Assembly: GCA_003427395.1 (NCBI GenBank)
Contig: BFEA01000004.1
Location: 2,927,605-2,991,604 of the forward strand
Origin: Chara braunii
Lineage: Eukaryota > Plantae > Charophyceae
Direction: 5' to 3'
DNA length: 64,000 nucleotides
Shown: positions 49,887 through 63,564 of the stretch, in pieces
How the letters are laid out: each line of letters begins with the position of its first letter
Position numbering within the stretch: the stretch's first letter is position 1
Notes under the pieces: generated by a model
The model's database searches: none
Told to the model about the DNA's origin: nothing
Seen by the model: the letters and a program-made list of their open reading frames with translations, nothing else
Position numbers and translations under genes: made by a program

Positions 49887-51865
49887 ATCATTCCATCCCC
49901 TCCACGGATACAGAGTTGAACCGAGGACAGCGAGGTGCTTCAAGCGACGCGAGTGGTGCAGTCCCTGTTGGGGTTCGTGGTGGGGAGGTCATTAGGGTGG
50001 ACGACACGGACGTCGACGCCGACGATGAGGACGAGGAGCCGTTGGTGGATCGTAGAGCACGCTGGCATGCGAGGCTGCAGCGGCTTCCGCCCAGGGCCTC
50101 AGGATATCAAAGAGGCTGCATGCGAGGACCACCACACGTTCAGGACATAGATGAGAGGTGTTGGACCATGTAGACGAGATTACAGTAGAGGCACATTTTT
50201 CGAGTCATCGCATACCCACCTCAGCACTTCGAGGCGACAGGGAGGAGCCCGAGCTCCGCATGAGTGACTTTCATGGGCATGGAAAGGGACTTTCTGGAAG
50301 CGGTGTTCGAGGAGCGACGCACGGGCGAGGGAGAATGGGGGATGACACCCAGTATCATCTTATGGAGGCTGGCGGAGCGGAGTCCACAAAGGAGCCTCAT
50401 GCCCGCATGGATCGAGAGGAGGAGCAGCGGCTGGAGCTGTTGCAGAGAGAGTGGGAGGGTCGATAGGCGTACATGGCGGAGCAAGAGCGTATTCGGGATT
50501 TGGAGACCAGTGCTGCAGTTCCTGATGCGGAAGGGTCGAGCATCTCGTTCCTACAGATTCGCATTCATTTGCGGTCGAAGCAGCAACGCCCGACACGCGT
50601 GGACCGTTGCCGTCACCCTAGGGCGATGGAGAGTCAGGCTCCGCATCGGGAGGAGATGGTGGTGCGTACGAGTATGGAGATCCATCCGTGTCCAACGTCA
50701 TACTTGAACTGTGTGCAGCGGACACGTTGCAGCCTGATTCTCCACTCACTTAGGAGGCAGTTGACATGGAGGGCGATTTAGGCAGGTTGGAGGGAGGTCG
50801 TGGACCTGATGTGGAGGGCGATGATGGGGAGGGTGATTCAGGTCGTCCTGCACCTGCGCACAGTGTTGGTTCATGTCAATCGTCACAGGGGCCGATCGGG
50901 GGTGATGCAGCTGGACCTGTAGAGGGTGATTATCCGGTCCGCATGGGTAGTATGTCGTTGATGTTAGTGTTGCGGGATCCTTCACCGGTAGCAAACGAGG
51001 TTCCATCACCTTCTGTGGAGGGAGGACGGGGTGTGGTTGAGAAGGGGGAGGGTGGTACAACACATGACCATCATGACCCCAGGGGAGATCTGGAGGAGGG
51101 GCAGATTACACCGGTTCTGCTCAACCCTGACGCGTTGCAACGTGTGCTAGTGGAGGATCCGACAAGAAGGGGATCTGCAAAATCTCACGGGGTTGGAGCT
51201 CGCTCGCCTCCACTTTATACACCTTTGAACCCTCTGTATTATGGCTCTCCTGCGAGCTTGGAGCGTGAGCAGCAACAATCAGAGTCTGTGAGAGCGGCGA
51301 CTTCGGGTGCGTGTACGACTCTCATCCCCCCACATATACCGCCTCCACCGACTATGCTCGACAGTACACCGCCATCTTTCACAGGTAGTATTGCTGGCAG
51401 ATGCCACATGCAGTTGTCATCGTCACCTCTCCTTGACACACAGGTGACACAGCAGTCGCTTCACCGTTCGTGGTCCATAGTGTGACGGGTGAATGATCGT
51501 GTGAGGGATGATTTTGCGGCCCACCAGGCACGATTGAGGGAGGAGCGGCAGAGCGCACCGAGTATCAGGACAACTTGCCACATTCTCCGAGAGCCCAGAT
51601 TTCATGCGCGTAGAAACCTACTTGTAGCCTTATAGGTTTACGCGGGGCCGCGCCTGCGATCTACACTTCCAGAGAGGACGGTGTGGTGTCTCCTCAGGGA
51701 GAGCGACATCACAGTAGCATTAACGAGTTAGAGTCTCTTATTGCTATGGAGGAGGCACAATTGAGGGAGTTGCATGACGAGCTCGATAAGGAGTGCGTGA
51801 GGATGGCGGCGACACGTACTTCAGAGGCCGACACAAGGGAGGAGTCCATCAAGCTTGTTAGGTGA
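49887..51865 (+). pseudogene. Low-complexity C-terminal extension of the hAT ORF, fragmented
   Basis: Acidic, Gly/Pro-rich broken ORFs continuing after the two insertions. No diagnostic motif. Confidence 0.4.
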
Positions 51866-54038
51866 AGGGAGAGAAAGTTGAGATTGGTCAGGGCTGGGAC
51901 ATGTGCGACACGAGGCCGACGACCTACTGCTGCAGGTCATAGTCGTTCATCCAACGGAGCAGGCAGTGGTCGGGGTCAGTAAACATCTCTTCGTGTTTAT
52001 TAGGATGTTTCCCATATTTCGGTGCGGCCGTGCCTGGTTCACAGTCGTTTTCTTAGTTTGTCATATGTACTTTGATTTTGCATTCTTCATGTAGGTTTTT
52101 TTCGCCTTCCTGGGACTCGTGTGTAGTGCTAGCCTTAGACGGTGCGTGTGGTAGCGGAGGTTCTTTGAGGTAGGGTTTTTATATTTTTCGGTGTTGTGAG
52201 ACATATGTGTACTAGTGACAGCTGTTGTGTGCAGTTTTTTGCATGAGGATGACGTTTGTACATATGTAGAGTTTGCCGTTTGTTATGTATGCGGATAGGA
52301 CTCACAAGAGTAGCAGTTGTTCGAACTAACATTTGTACTTCTGGGGATACGAGTCCTAATCACATATTGTTCGACTCATGTAGTTGTACTTGTTTTTCCC
52401 TCCTCGTTATGTGATTGTGTTGTATGAGTTCACAGGTCACATGATCTCATATGTACATCTTTGTTTCATATTTCCTATGAATTGTTGCATTTTTTTGTGT
52501 GTTTGGCAACGTCGTCTGTTTCATTACATGCATGATCTTAGGGTCTTATTGAACATGATGCATCGCTGATGTCTCAATGTGTTTTACTTCGTTGACTGTT
52601 GTTCACTTTTGTATGATTAAACAGTTGTGGGATGCACGAAACCACCCACTGTCCCTGAATCATGCACACTCAGAGCCTGTATAATTACATTCTGTCGTTT
52701 GGTAGCATCCCCCTCCCCACGATATCCCACAAACCCCGCACTGCAAACGTATGGAACAAGACGAAGGAAAATCGTAATCTCCCCCAACCACCAACCACAA
52801 TCACAATCACAACCCCCTAAAACACTACAGACCTTGCACAGCAAACTACCCCAAATGCCTGCACCCAAAAACGACACCCTTCGCCCCCCCCAAGGGCCTC
52901 AACAACCCACCAATTTCCAACCCCACACCATTTGCCAACCCAACACAGACAAAACCTCCCAAACTATTAACCCCTCCCCCACCCTCCTCACCACCGACGG
53001 AATTTTTTTTTTTTTTGGCGAACACGTACCTTACTATGTATCACACACCCTCACTTTCACAAATCTGCAATATGGGGGGGGGGGGGGGGGGGGGGGGGGG
53101 TTTCACCCTCAAAGGGGAACGAGATCGACCCCCCCCTCGAAAATTGTTTTTTTCTCGTTTTTTTCAGTTCGTGGGCGTAGGGACGTGTATGCGCCGCCGA
53201 CCCCCGTTCGCCGATTTTCGAAATGACCTCCCCATCGGCCACCATGGCGTCGCCCGCGTTGGCCGCGGCCGCCTCCGAGGGAGATTCGTAGGCATGGATC
53301 TCTGCAAGTGCTCCGTCATTTTGCATTAGTTTTTTCACGTTTTTGGTATTCTGACCTATGTGTCTTGGCAGTCTTGCTGGGGGAGCAGGTGTACGAAAGT
53401 TTTATGCGAAGATATCATAGAGTACCTCTGGTGTAGGTATTTCATTAATTTGTTGATTGTGCGAGTCATCCAAACAAGTACATGGCTGAACGTAAAATCC
53501 CCGATGCTGCTAATAGCCTGCATTAGCACTGTTGAATAAATATAACTCTGAAATTTTAAAATGATTGTTATGGCAATGCCGTACCTGATGTCCTGTGGTT
53601 GAAGATGAAGTTCCCGGTGCAGTTAATTGCTTGCATTTGCACTGTTGTATAAGTGATACTGCAAAAATCCAAAATGATTGTTATCAATGTTATGGCATGC
53701 CGTACCAGATATCCTGTCTGAAGAAGAAGTCGTTTCTTTCGATTGTTGGTTGCTTTATCAAGTGCAGGGAAGACTTCGCTGGCAAAAACCCTTGCGAGGT
53801 TTGTGAATGTTCCATTTGACATTTGTTATTGTTGATGCAACTACTTTGACAGCGCCGCACGGCGCACACACAAGAAGATCATGGTCGATGGTTGAATATA
53901 GACGTGACAAAAGCGGAAGGAGTGAGAGGCATTGAGAGCCGAAGGCGAATGGGATGGAGGGGGGAGGGAAAGATGGCAAACTCGACAAAACCAGCTACCT
54001 TTAAAACACCACATACATGGAATCAGGTGGCGGAATTG

Positions 54039-54432
54039 TAAGGGAGACATGCCAAGGAAGAGTCATTTAGAGGAACAAAGTGTAGGGGAAGAAGAGAAGT
54101 CCACAGTGGGAGAGGGAGAGAACTCCACACAAGCCAACTAAGGGAGACATGCCAAGGAAGAGTCATTTNAAACAAAGTGTAGGGGAAGAAGAGAAGTCCA
54201 CAGTGGGAGAGGGAGAGAACTCCACACAAGCCAACTAAGGGAGACATGCCAAGGAAGAGTCATTCAAAGGAACAAAGTGTAGGGGAAGAAGAGAAGTTCA
54301 TAGTGGGAGAGGCAGAGAACTCCACACAAGCCAACTAAGGGAGGCATGCCAAGAAAGAGTTATTTAGAGGAGCAAAGTGTAGAGGAAGAAGAGAAGTCCA
54401 CACTAGGAGCGGGAGAGAACACACAAGCCAAC
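54039..54432. repeat. ~97-bp tandem repeat x4
   Basis: aagggagacatgccaaggaagagtcattt...ggagagaactccacacaagccaact is repeated. Confidence 0.9.
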
Positions 54433-55254
54433 TATCTCAGCTGGTTGGCACCAAGCAATCGTCCCAGACCAGGCCTTTCGGTTGGTTGCAACTCCTACGG
54501 CCCAGTTTCTCATCTCTGAAGGCATACGCGGCAGTTATCTTTTTTTTTCAAGAACTTCCAGGCCGCGGTTGATTCTCTTCATCTACGTTTCCTTCAGTAT
54601 TATTCTTTTCATTTTCTTCTATTTTCTAAGATCTACGGTTGGAGCAGTTCTCTTTCAGCATATTTGGTTCAAGACAAGGGTTCCAGTGGGACTCACCCAG
54701 CAGACAGCAGTCCCTCGGCAGCTCGGCCTCCACTGCTTCCAGGAGCAGCAAGGGCGTAAGTAACAGGGGCAGGACCGGTCGCAGCAGAAGGCGTCAACTC
54801 TCGCTGCGCACTTTCCGCACTCCTTCCGCCAGCCGCCGTGCCCATTGCGTAGGCAAATTTGCAGGTCACGTCACAAGTCAGTCAAAGCGCTCTTGAGGAC
54901 AGGTCGTTTATCTCGCCTTTTTTGGCAACGCGGTCACCTGTCCTCTAGGTCTACCTCTTCTTTTTCTGCACCTGTACTGTCTTTCCGACCTCTGACTTTT
55001 TCGGCACCAGCACCTAGTCTAGTCTTTTCAAGGTACCTGATCTACACAATTTTTTCGGCTTTAGTCATCTTTTCAGGCCTTGCATCTGCACATTTTTGGG
55101 TTAGTACCGCGCATTGGGGAACCCCATCTGTATTTTTACCAATTTTTCGTCTGCATACTCGCCCTGCGGCTAAACCAGGTCTGCATTGTTTGGCCACTAG
55201 GAGATTCAGCCCCGCAGCTACTTAAACCACCGGTAAGTCATCCTAATCTCCACC

Positions 55255-56400
55255 ATGTACGACAAAGGTGCTGCGAGCAATCCGTCACTCTGCGTCGCGG
55301 CCTTGTCTCCTCCAAGTCGCCAGTCACCATCTTCTCTCTCTCAACTGCGGCAATCCCCTTCCCCCCTCGCTGACCAATCATCCCCTTCTTCCTCCTACCA
55401 CTCTCCTCCACCTCAACAAGCACCACTCTTCGACCCTTTCCTCAAGCGCGACTTCCCTACTAACCTCATGCTTCAGTCCTCCTCACCAGCACCACCGCAC
55501 AGACTTCTACAACTCTTCGCCTCTCTCATCGAGTTTCCCACCCCCAAACCCTCTCTTCCAATAGCGACGGATCCCGCACTTGAGCGAATCTTTGTGATCG
55601 ATCATCCAACTGCCTCATTGCTTCCCCTTTATCTGTTTCCTCTCCCTCTTTACATCTCTTCATCCTTCATCAGGTTTCAAGAATCAAGGGTAATAATGAA
55701 GTACGGATCGTTACTCAACGCAATAGATATCGAGTGTTTCTGTGTCAACGCAGCCAAGTTTCGTTTTCGGTATGGAGACAAATCATTCTATGCAATCAAG
55801 CGCAAGCGTGCGTTGGAACTGCTTTCTTACTCACTGTTTTCGGCAACTCTGTTCAAACTTACTTTCGTCGACGCACGACCTCTCCTCTCTCTCTCGCCCA
55901 GGGAACTACTCCGGGCTCGTTTGGATTTGGCGGAGTTCCAGTTAACCTGTGCGAGCGATCTAGCGGTCAACTTTTACTGCCTTGGCATGCGTCTCGCTTG
56001 TATGAACGACGAAGCATTTTTCTACTGGGTTAAGAAGGGACTACTTACCTTGGCAGAGAACCTTCCTGGGATTGCTTCGTCACTCTTCCTGGCCTATCCA
56101 ATTGCGGCTCATTTCAAGGACTTCTACACCACCCTCGCGGAAGGAGCAATCATCTCCCTCCATCTCGAGGAACTCGCGAATCGGGGACCCGGGCCATGGT
56201 TCAGATACATTAGGAAGCAGGTCTTCGGCAACCTCCTTGACTACCTCCGATATCCAGTCCTTCCCCTAGACTCTTCTCCCCCCTTCATCCCTAACTATCC
56301 TCGTTTCTTTTTTTGCTCATCTAAGGGTAGAAAGAAGTATGTGAGTTTTAAGAGAGATGCCGAAGAGGGCAGCTCGGCCACAGCCGCAGACACAACCTAG
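55255..56400 (+). CDS. Orphan intact ORF (381 aa): Ser/Pro-rich N-terminus plus ~235-aa helical-looking domain
   Basis: Longest gap-free ORF in the window, ATG start, no recognised motif. Confidence 0.45.
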   Translation: MYDKGAASNPSLCVAALSPPSRQSPSSLSQLRQSPSPLADQSSPSSSYHSPPPQQAPLFDPFLKRDFPTNLMLQSSSPAPPHRLLQLFASLIEFPTPKPSLPIATDPALERIFVIDHPTASLLPLYLFPLPLYISSSFIRFQESRVIMKYGSLLNAIDIECFCVNAAKFRFRYGDKSFYAIKRKRALELLSYSLFSATLFKLTFVDARPLLSLSPRELLRARLDLAEFQLTCASDLAVNFYCLGMRLACMNDEAFFYWVKKGLLTLAENLPGIASSLFLAYPIAAHFKDFYTTLAEGAIISLHLEELANRGPGPWFRYIRKQVFGNLLDYLRYPVLPLDSSPPFIPNYPRFFFCSSKGRKKYVSFKRDAEEGSSATAADTT

Positions 56401-56720
56401 GAAGAAGAAGTCAGCAAAGACTGAGCAGGAAGAATCTTCTTCCTCAGACCCCCCTTCTCCTTCTCATACTCTTCCTCTTCATCCAATCTTCTTGGTAACC
56501 AAGCCTCCTCGAGCTCCTCCCCCCATTTCAACCATTCCTCTGCAATCATCTTCCCCTCAACCCCCCAAAACTCCCAGGCAGAGGCGCAAGACAAATCTCT
56601 GTAAAAATCTTGATCTACTAATCTTCTCCTTGCTCTTCATCCTCTTTCTTCTTCACCTCTTTACCATCTTCCTTCTACTTCCCAAACCCTTTCACCATCT
56701 CTGCCTTCCCTGACAAGGCG

Positions 56721-56797
56721 AATCCGAGATGGACTTAATAATCCGATATGGACTTAATGGTTCGATATGGACTTAGTGGTCCGATATGGACTTAATG
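56721..56797. repeat. ~19-bp minisatellite x4
   Basis: (ccgatatggacttaatggt)-like units. Confidence 0.8.
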
Positions 56798-56925
56798 ATT
56801 GCAATTTGTAATTTGGAATTAAATGCTCGTAATCTGTAAATTTGGACCTTCGGCAACATTCGTTCTGTATTCTAAAACATTGTGTCTTTATGGATTTTCT
56901 CTACTTTTACGGAATTCGGCATGAT

Positions 56926-56956
<31 letters not shown>

Positions 56957-59832
56957 TAAGTCAAAATCTCTCTCCTCGACCATTCACCAGGAAATGCATC
57001 TTCATACGTGATCTGCTTAAGCTCCGCTGTTTGTTTCCATTTACGTCTCATATTAACCTACAAATTTTGTTTATGATGTTTGCCCATGCAATCCTTCTAT
57101 GTATGCAACATTTGAAATTTTTCGCATCCTTTCCCTCTCAAATTATTGATGTCTCATGGTTGACAACTCTACTCTTAAGCAAGTAAGGTTGTCAACCTCG
57201 CGACTCATAATTTGATATTTCTCGTCACTTTACCTCATAACTGCCAATGGCAAAGAGCTGTCAGCCTTTCTCAAAAAAAAAAAAAAAAAAAAAAAAAGCA
57301 AAAGGACCACTTGCAAGCATGAAAGGCCGTTAACCACGTCATCAATTGCATCTGATTTTTTCCACTTGGCTTTTCAGGCATGCGATGCAACCCAACTCAG
57401 ATCTCACGCTTTCTCGAGTAAGGCTGCCAACTCGTCATTTCATTTCGAAATTGGCACTGGGAATATCGTGAGGCTGTCAGCCCTGCTCGCAATAAGGCAA
57501 AGCCACTCGCAAGCAAGCAAGGGCTGCCAACCTCGTGGTCGCATCACTCTTAAGTATGGAATATCTTTTGGATCACTGATCTTTTTTGTTCACGACAGCA
57601 TAGCTTAATAACGCAGACCACAAAAGGTAGATGGTGGACAATGAGTCAAATCATTTCAAGTTAAAAAAAAAAAAAAAAAAAAAAACCACAAAAGGTAGAT
57701 GGNAAAAAAAACCACAAAAGGTAGATGGTGGACAATGAGTCAAATCATTTCAAGTTAAAAAAAAAAAAGAAAAAAAAAAAAGATTTTAATTAATATAAAT
57801 CAAAGTATTATCGAATCATACTCTCGTGCGTCTTGGCCGCAGAAATCATCATCTATAATATAACCATTGGAATCCGCCGCCATCTGTTCTAAAGTATTCC
57901 AACTTTATTCATTTGCAATCATTATTATCACCTTGATATAAGTTGTTCCGCACTATGACGTGCGACCGGCTGTCCTCTGTCACGACTGTTCCTGATCAAA
58001 TGGCTAATGTTAGACTTCTTGATGAATGCTATACTGGTCATCCTTGTGAACATTCTCATCATCTTCACTATAATATATATATATATATATATACATATAC
58101 GGTTTACCGGGCCGTTCTATTTGACGATATATATGTATATGCTCATTTGTAAAAATGTGTCATTTGCTTGTGTCAATTGATTCACCTTCTCTACTCCATC
58201 AGGATTGGTTCCCCCCTTCCTTTCTTTACCTCTCTAATGCGTACATGTGGGTGCTTATGTCACACAGTTATAAAGGCAGCCATCGCTCATCCTTTTTTCA
58301 TCCACGTGACTAGCCTTGTGCTTAAGAGGTAACGAACAAATGGGGCTTAACTTCTTTCCTTCTCTCTCATTCCTTGTTTTTTATACATTCATAAAGGATG
58401 TAATGCGATTATCTGTGCATATGCAATTTTCTCCTCGAAACTATACTAAGGTTTTAACTCCTTGTTCTAACTCTTTTTCTGCAGGTCATGATGGATGATC
58501 GTTTGAATAAAATTTTCGCAATGATATTTTTTCTTCCCTTTAGATTAGTCTTTAGGGTAGTAACTCTTCTACCCAGAAACCCTTTACTAAGATTTTTTTT
58601 TCCTATCAAGGTCCTGTCTACTGTTCTTATCATCTTTATTCTACTTTGTTGCACTATTCTACTTTTCTTTGTTTTCATTGTTTTCAATGTTATCCTCAGG
58701 CTCTGTGACTTTTTAAAACTTTAAACCTTGCGTCAAATTTTATTTTCGGTTTATCTGGAACATAAATTCTGCAATTTAATTTCTGACACTAACACTTGTA
58801 AGCCCGCACAACAATAATTGCAATCAAAATCACAGATAAAAAAACTCCAACTAATTATGTTACAATGTTGCTAGTAGCCTAAGCCTCACTTCAGGGTACG
58901 AACGTTTTCCTCAAGGCTATTGTCGGAAATCAAGCAAAACAAGAAGAGGAAGGGCAAAGGTAAGCCTCGATTGCGAAACTTTCTTTACTGCATGCGCCGC
59001 CTAGGAAGGTCTTGTCGAATGATATCTCAGAAGTTGTCTAATTTTAACTATTCAGCCGTGTTTTCCGTTTCCATTGCCATCATCATCTGTTCATGTTCTC
59101 GCCATGGTACAAACGTTCTACTCAGGATTGTTTTTCGGGTTGCGAATCTCCCTTGTCTGCTCAAAACCTCTCTGGAGGACCTCTAGTTCAGTAGTCCCGT
59201 TGAATGCAATCTCAGGAGTTGTCCAGTTTTCACTACTTAACTGTGCTCTCCGTCCTTATTACATCTCATCCATAATTTGGAAACAAGATGAGCTTCAACT
59301 TGAAGAAAACTAGCAGTTTATGCATTTTCTTTTAATACTTTCATGATTTATTTTTATTTTTATTTTTTTTTCACTCTTGTTAAAACAACGGGCAGTAAGA
59401 GGTAAATATCTTGTTTAAAGATAGAATTAACGAAAGAAGGCAATAAACCCGTATCTTCCTCTAAATGGTAAACTCCAGCTTATAGCAACTTTGCGCATAT
59501 CTTTTAAAACAACCTCTACAAACCATCTTGCCTCAAATCTTGCGAATGAAATCTCACATCAAGGAGGGAGAGAGGGAGAAAAAAGGGAAAAAGGTGTAAA
59601 GTCACTCACAGAACTCAGACACCTCAATTTCATGCAATTTAATATTTATCAATTAACCCTCAATTTTGATTCTGCACAGCTCTCTTTTTATCTCACTTGA
59701 TGGCAATAAAAGGGAAGAGTGCAATAACTTTTTGTGGAAAATTCTAGCCCACTTCAAAGACTTTTTCATAGCTTTCTTGGATCAAACTCATCTTTGCTTC
59801 TGAGAATATCAAATGATATCCCACATTAAAAA

Positions 59833-59895
<63 letters not shown>

Positions 59896-60020
59896 GAAGA
59901 GAAAAAGCCTAAACCACACAAAATTCAGGGACCTCAAGTCGTTAATTTCAAAACTCGGATTGACCAAGTAGAATTTAACTCTAAAAAAACATGGTCTCAA
60001 AATCGTTTGACTCGGCATAG

Positions 60021-61390
60021 ATGGATCCTTTGCTTCTTGCATATCTCAATGTTTCCGGATCTCTCTCCCTTGTGGGCATGGAAGTCTTCGCTGCTCTCCC
60101 CTCTCCTCCATCTGCTTACGTACCTGTTAAAATTCTGAAGTGCCTTAACCCAGAAGCAACTCAACCTCAGCATCTCCTCTTTACAGTCCAACCTCGCAAC
60201 TTCACCTCTCACTACAGAGTCAATTCTCTTGCCATTAAAATCAGAATCCAATCATCAACCCCTCCACCTCCTCCCCCTCCACCACTCTACTCCCCAACCC
60301 CCCCACCACTACCTCATTACCCTCAACAACATACTCAACCTACTCTACCGCCACCCCAGTACTCTCAACTGTATCCTCAACCAACTCCACCACCACCTCA
60401 CTACTCTCAACTGCATTCCCATCCTCCTCCACATCATACAACTCAGACTTTACCATCCACCTTCCCTTCCTGCCTCCCCTCCCCTCCTCCTCACTCAACC
60501 CAACCCAGCTTATACCCCCAGCCTAGTCAGCACACATCTACCCCACCTCCCCTCCAAACAGTCTCCTTACAACAATTTGAATAACTAAAGGCCCAGTTTT
60601 TGCAGCAGCAACAAGATGCTAAGGACGCAACTGAGACTTTCATGATGCAGCTCACCAAGAAGGAGGAAGGGAACCAGACCTCTAATAAACTTTACCACAA
60701 GGTCGCCTCAGATCTGCAGGCAATAAAGGCGTGAATCGAAGACAAATCCATACCATCCTACGAGGAATTGCAAGTCTGGTGGAGGGTCTTTTCCGCTCTT
60801 GCCTGGTACTACCAGGTGGAGGTTGTTATTCGTTTCTACACAGTTAACCTCAACTATCACCACTGACCATTTGGCAGAGCAATGTCCAATGATTTCTCCT
60901 CTCGCTTGAACTCTTTGACAAAGGAGTGCATTGACAAGCGTATTTCAAAAGATGTTAAAACAAGTATCAACAAAGCAATAAGGTAAGGAATGGAAGAGGC
61001 GCTGCCAATCATCAAATTGGAATAGAACTACTGTCTCAGCATTGCCAGAAGAGATGCTTCAAGGTAAGCTTAGGGCTGTCGCCCAAAATTATTTTTCTCG
61101 CCCCGGATCGTTGAATAGATCCACGCCATTTGTGTTCAATGGGTTTCTCATTTCTCTGCCATTGCAGATCTTCCAAGAATGAAGGAGATTCATCAACCTA
61201 TTGCAAGAAGGAAGACCACTACAAGACAGAAGACAACAAGAAGATCCTCTCAAAGAGGCAGTATGATGACACCTTGGACTGCGGCTATGACTTCAACCGC
61301 CCTGCAAAGCGTCCTCACCACGACTCTGATTCCAAACCTGCTGACATCACCAAGACACTCACCTCAAATACTGGTCGCAAGACAGAATAG
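60021..61390 (+). pseudogene. Putative Gag-like ORF1 of the DIRS-type element, interrupted by stops
   Basis: Lies upstream of and overlaps the RT frame, and is Pro/Gln-rich. No diagnostic motif. Confidence 0.45.
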
Positions 61391-63495
61391 TAACCCGCCT
61401 TTTGCTATTCCATCCGTTTCTACTATTCTTTCTAATCTAGGTTCTCCTCCCTCTACTGAGGACCTTCAACTCGCACTTTTTGCTCTTTCGGAACCATCTT
61501 CCTGGCTTCGTAGCCCGGAAAGCTTCTTTGCAGCATCCTTTTTTTTTCATTTTACTCACCGGTCTCAACTCTTACCATCTTCTTCTAGAAGATACTATCA
61601 CTCGGTTTTGCAATGGACACAACACGGCCTCCAACTTAATTTTATCAGAACAAAGCACGTGCCAGCCAAAAAGATAATTGAAGTTCGCAGGATGCTAAAA
61701 TCGATATATCCAGCTGCTCAATTCAAAAGGGTTCTAAACCTTATCAAACCACCTCAAACCTTCATCGTCAACCATTCTCTTCTCCCCCACCACTCAGACT
61801 TCATAACCTCCTCAATCTCTCAACTTCTCTCCTCTGGTGTAATTAAGCACTCTCCTTCACCCATTGTCATCAATCCCGTCTTTGCCACGGAAAGCCCATC
61901 CAAATTAAGATTCATTCTAGATATTCGTTTTGTTAACCTTTTTCTTTCTTTTCCAAAATTCCACTATGAATCTATTAATGACCTTGTTGCACCACTCTCT
62001 GGCTCACCCAATCAAGGCTTTCTTTAATGTTTTGACATAAAAACGGTTACTACCACATTCCCATCCATCCCCTTCACAGACCCTATCTTGCCTTTCAATG
62101 GAATAATAACAAATATCAATTCACAACTCTCTGCTTTGGCATTTCAGCTGCCTGCTGGATATTCACCACCATTATGCAGGAAATCATGGCAGAAATGCGA
62201 ATCAGACGAGTCTTTGTTACTTCCTACATCGACGATTCAACACTCGCAAATCATAATCTACCTCTACTAATCTGGCAAACCTCTAACTACGTCGCGCTTC
62301 TTCACAACCTAGGCTTCTTTCTCAGCATTCACAAATGCACTTTCATTGCGTCTCAGATCATTAACTTCCTAGGTTTTTCAATCAACTCTCATAAAAAAGA
62401 ATAAGAGTTCTAGAAGGAAACGCAGAAAGGATTCTCAACTTAATCAATTCAATACCACACTCTGTACCCTCTAGCCGAACCTTAGCAAAATTTGCGGGAA
62501 AGTTTGTTGCACTCTCAAGAGCTTTCTTACCAGCACCTCTCTTTATTTCCACACTCTATAATTTCATATCACCTGCCAATTGGAACACCCCTATTCAAAT
62601 TTCTGAAGATCTTGTTTTTGACTTAAAATGGTGGTTAGATCACCTTTCGCACCTTCCTCACCGGCTTTGGACTTTAAGGAAAACAACATGTTCAATTTCA
62701 ATCGACGCATCGGCTTCCCAAATCGGGGCTGTTATCTCACCTAACTTTTTGCCTTCCATCATTCTCAACCAAACGTCATCAACTCACAGAGAGCTTTTTG
62801 CCATCTATGAGACATTTTTATTTATGAAAAGCAACCACCCAGAACTTCTTCTCTCCTCATCTATAAGACTCTTCTCAGATAGTCAATCAGCCATAGCTAT
62901 TCTCTCCAATTTGAGATCATCGGACCCTACCTTTAATCCATGGCTCCGTCAGATCACTTCCATCCTATTATCTCACGATACACTACTCACCCCTGTTTGG
63001 ATACCAAGGTCTTTAAACTCCGCCGCTGATACATTATCAAAAACTTAGGACAACACCGACTGGGGCATTACGACTCATGTCAGGCACGACATCTTCGCAG
63101 TTATCGGAGCTCCAGCCATAGATTTGTTCGCTTCAGATTATCATCACACCTCACCTCTCTTCATCTCTAGAATCTGCTCATCCAAATCTCATCTAATTGA
63201 TTCCCTTTCCATTTGCTGGAATGATCTCCCCTCTCAACCTTACAGATGGCTCTTCCCACCCACCTCCCTTCTTCATGATGCAATCTCCCGTGCAACCTTC
63301 TCCCCAACAAATTACCTCTTGATTTTTCCTTCATCCTCCAAAGCAAATTGGCTACCCCGAATTTTATCCGTAAACATACTACAAAAAATTGTCATCCCAA
63401 AATCTCAGTATTCTTGCATTCCAAGTCCCAGAGTACATCCTTCATGCCACAACCCGGCAGTTCTAGGACTTTCTGCCATTCTTTTTTCAACTTAG
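61179..63495 (+). pseudogene. DIRS1-type reverse transcriptase - RNase H - adenine methyltransferase-like polyprotein
   Basis: RT: KLRFILDIRFVN, GYYHIPIHP..RPYLAFQW, LCFGIS, SYIDD, FLGF. RNase H: IDAS, RELFAI, FSDSQSA, WIPRSLNSAADTLSK. MT: IDLFAS...WLFPP. Several stops and frameshifts. Confidence 0.9.
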
Positions 63496-63564
63496 TTTTC
63501 AACTTTCTCAACCTCATCAGTACCAATCTTATCAGTACCACGTTTCCACCCACGTCGCATCCCA

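Larger units (their letters stand above)
32274..53304 (+). mobile_element. Decayed hAT-superfamily DNA transposon with nested insertions (boundaries inferred)
   Basis: Degenerate TIRs caaggattgccaggctacgaatcccc (32274) and reverse-complement cagagatccatgcctacgaatctccc (53304), GC-rich subterminal motifs, and an internal hAT transposase. Confidence 0.5.

Noticed and set aside
57617-57780. Tandem duplication
   Set aside because: Near-identical copies joined at an N between poly-A tracts, so likely an assembly artefact.
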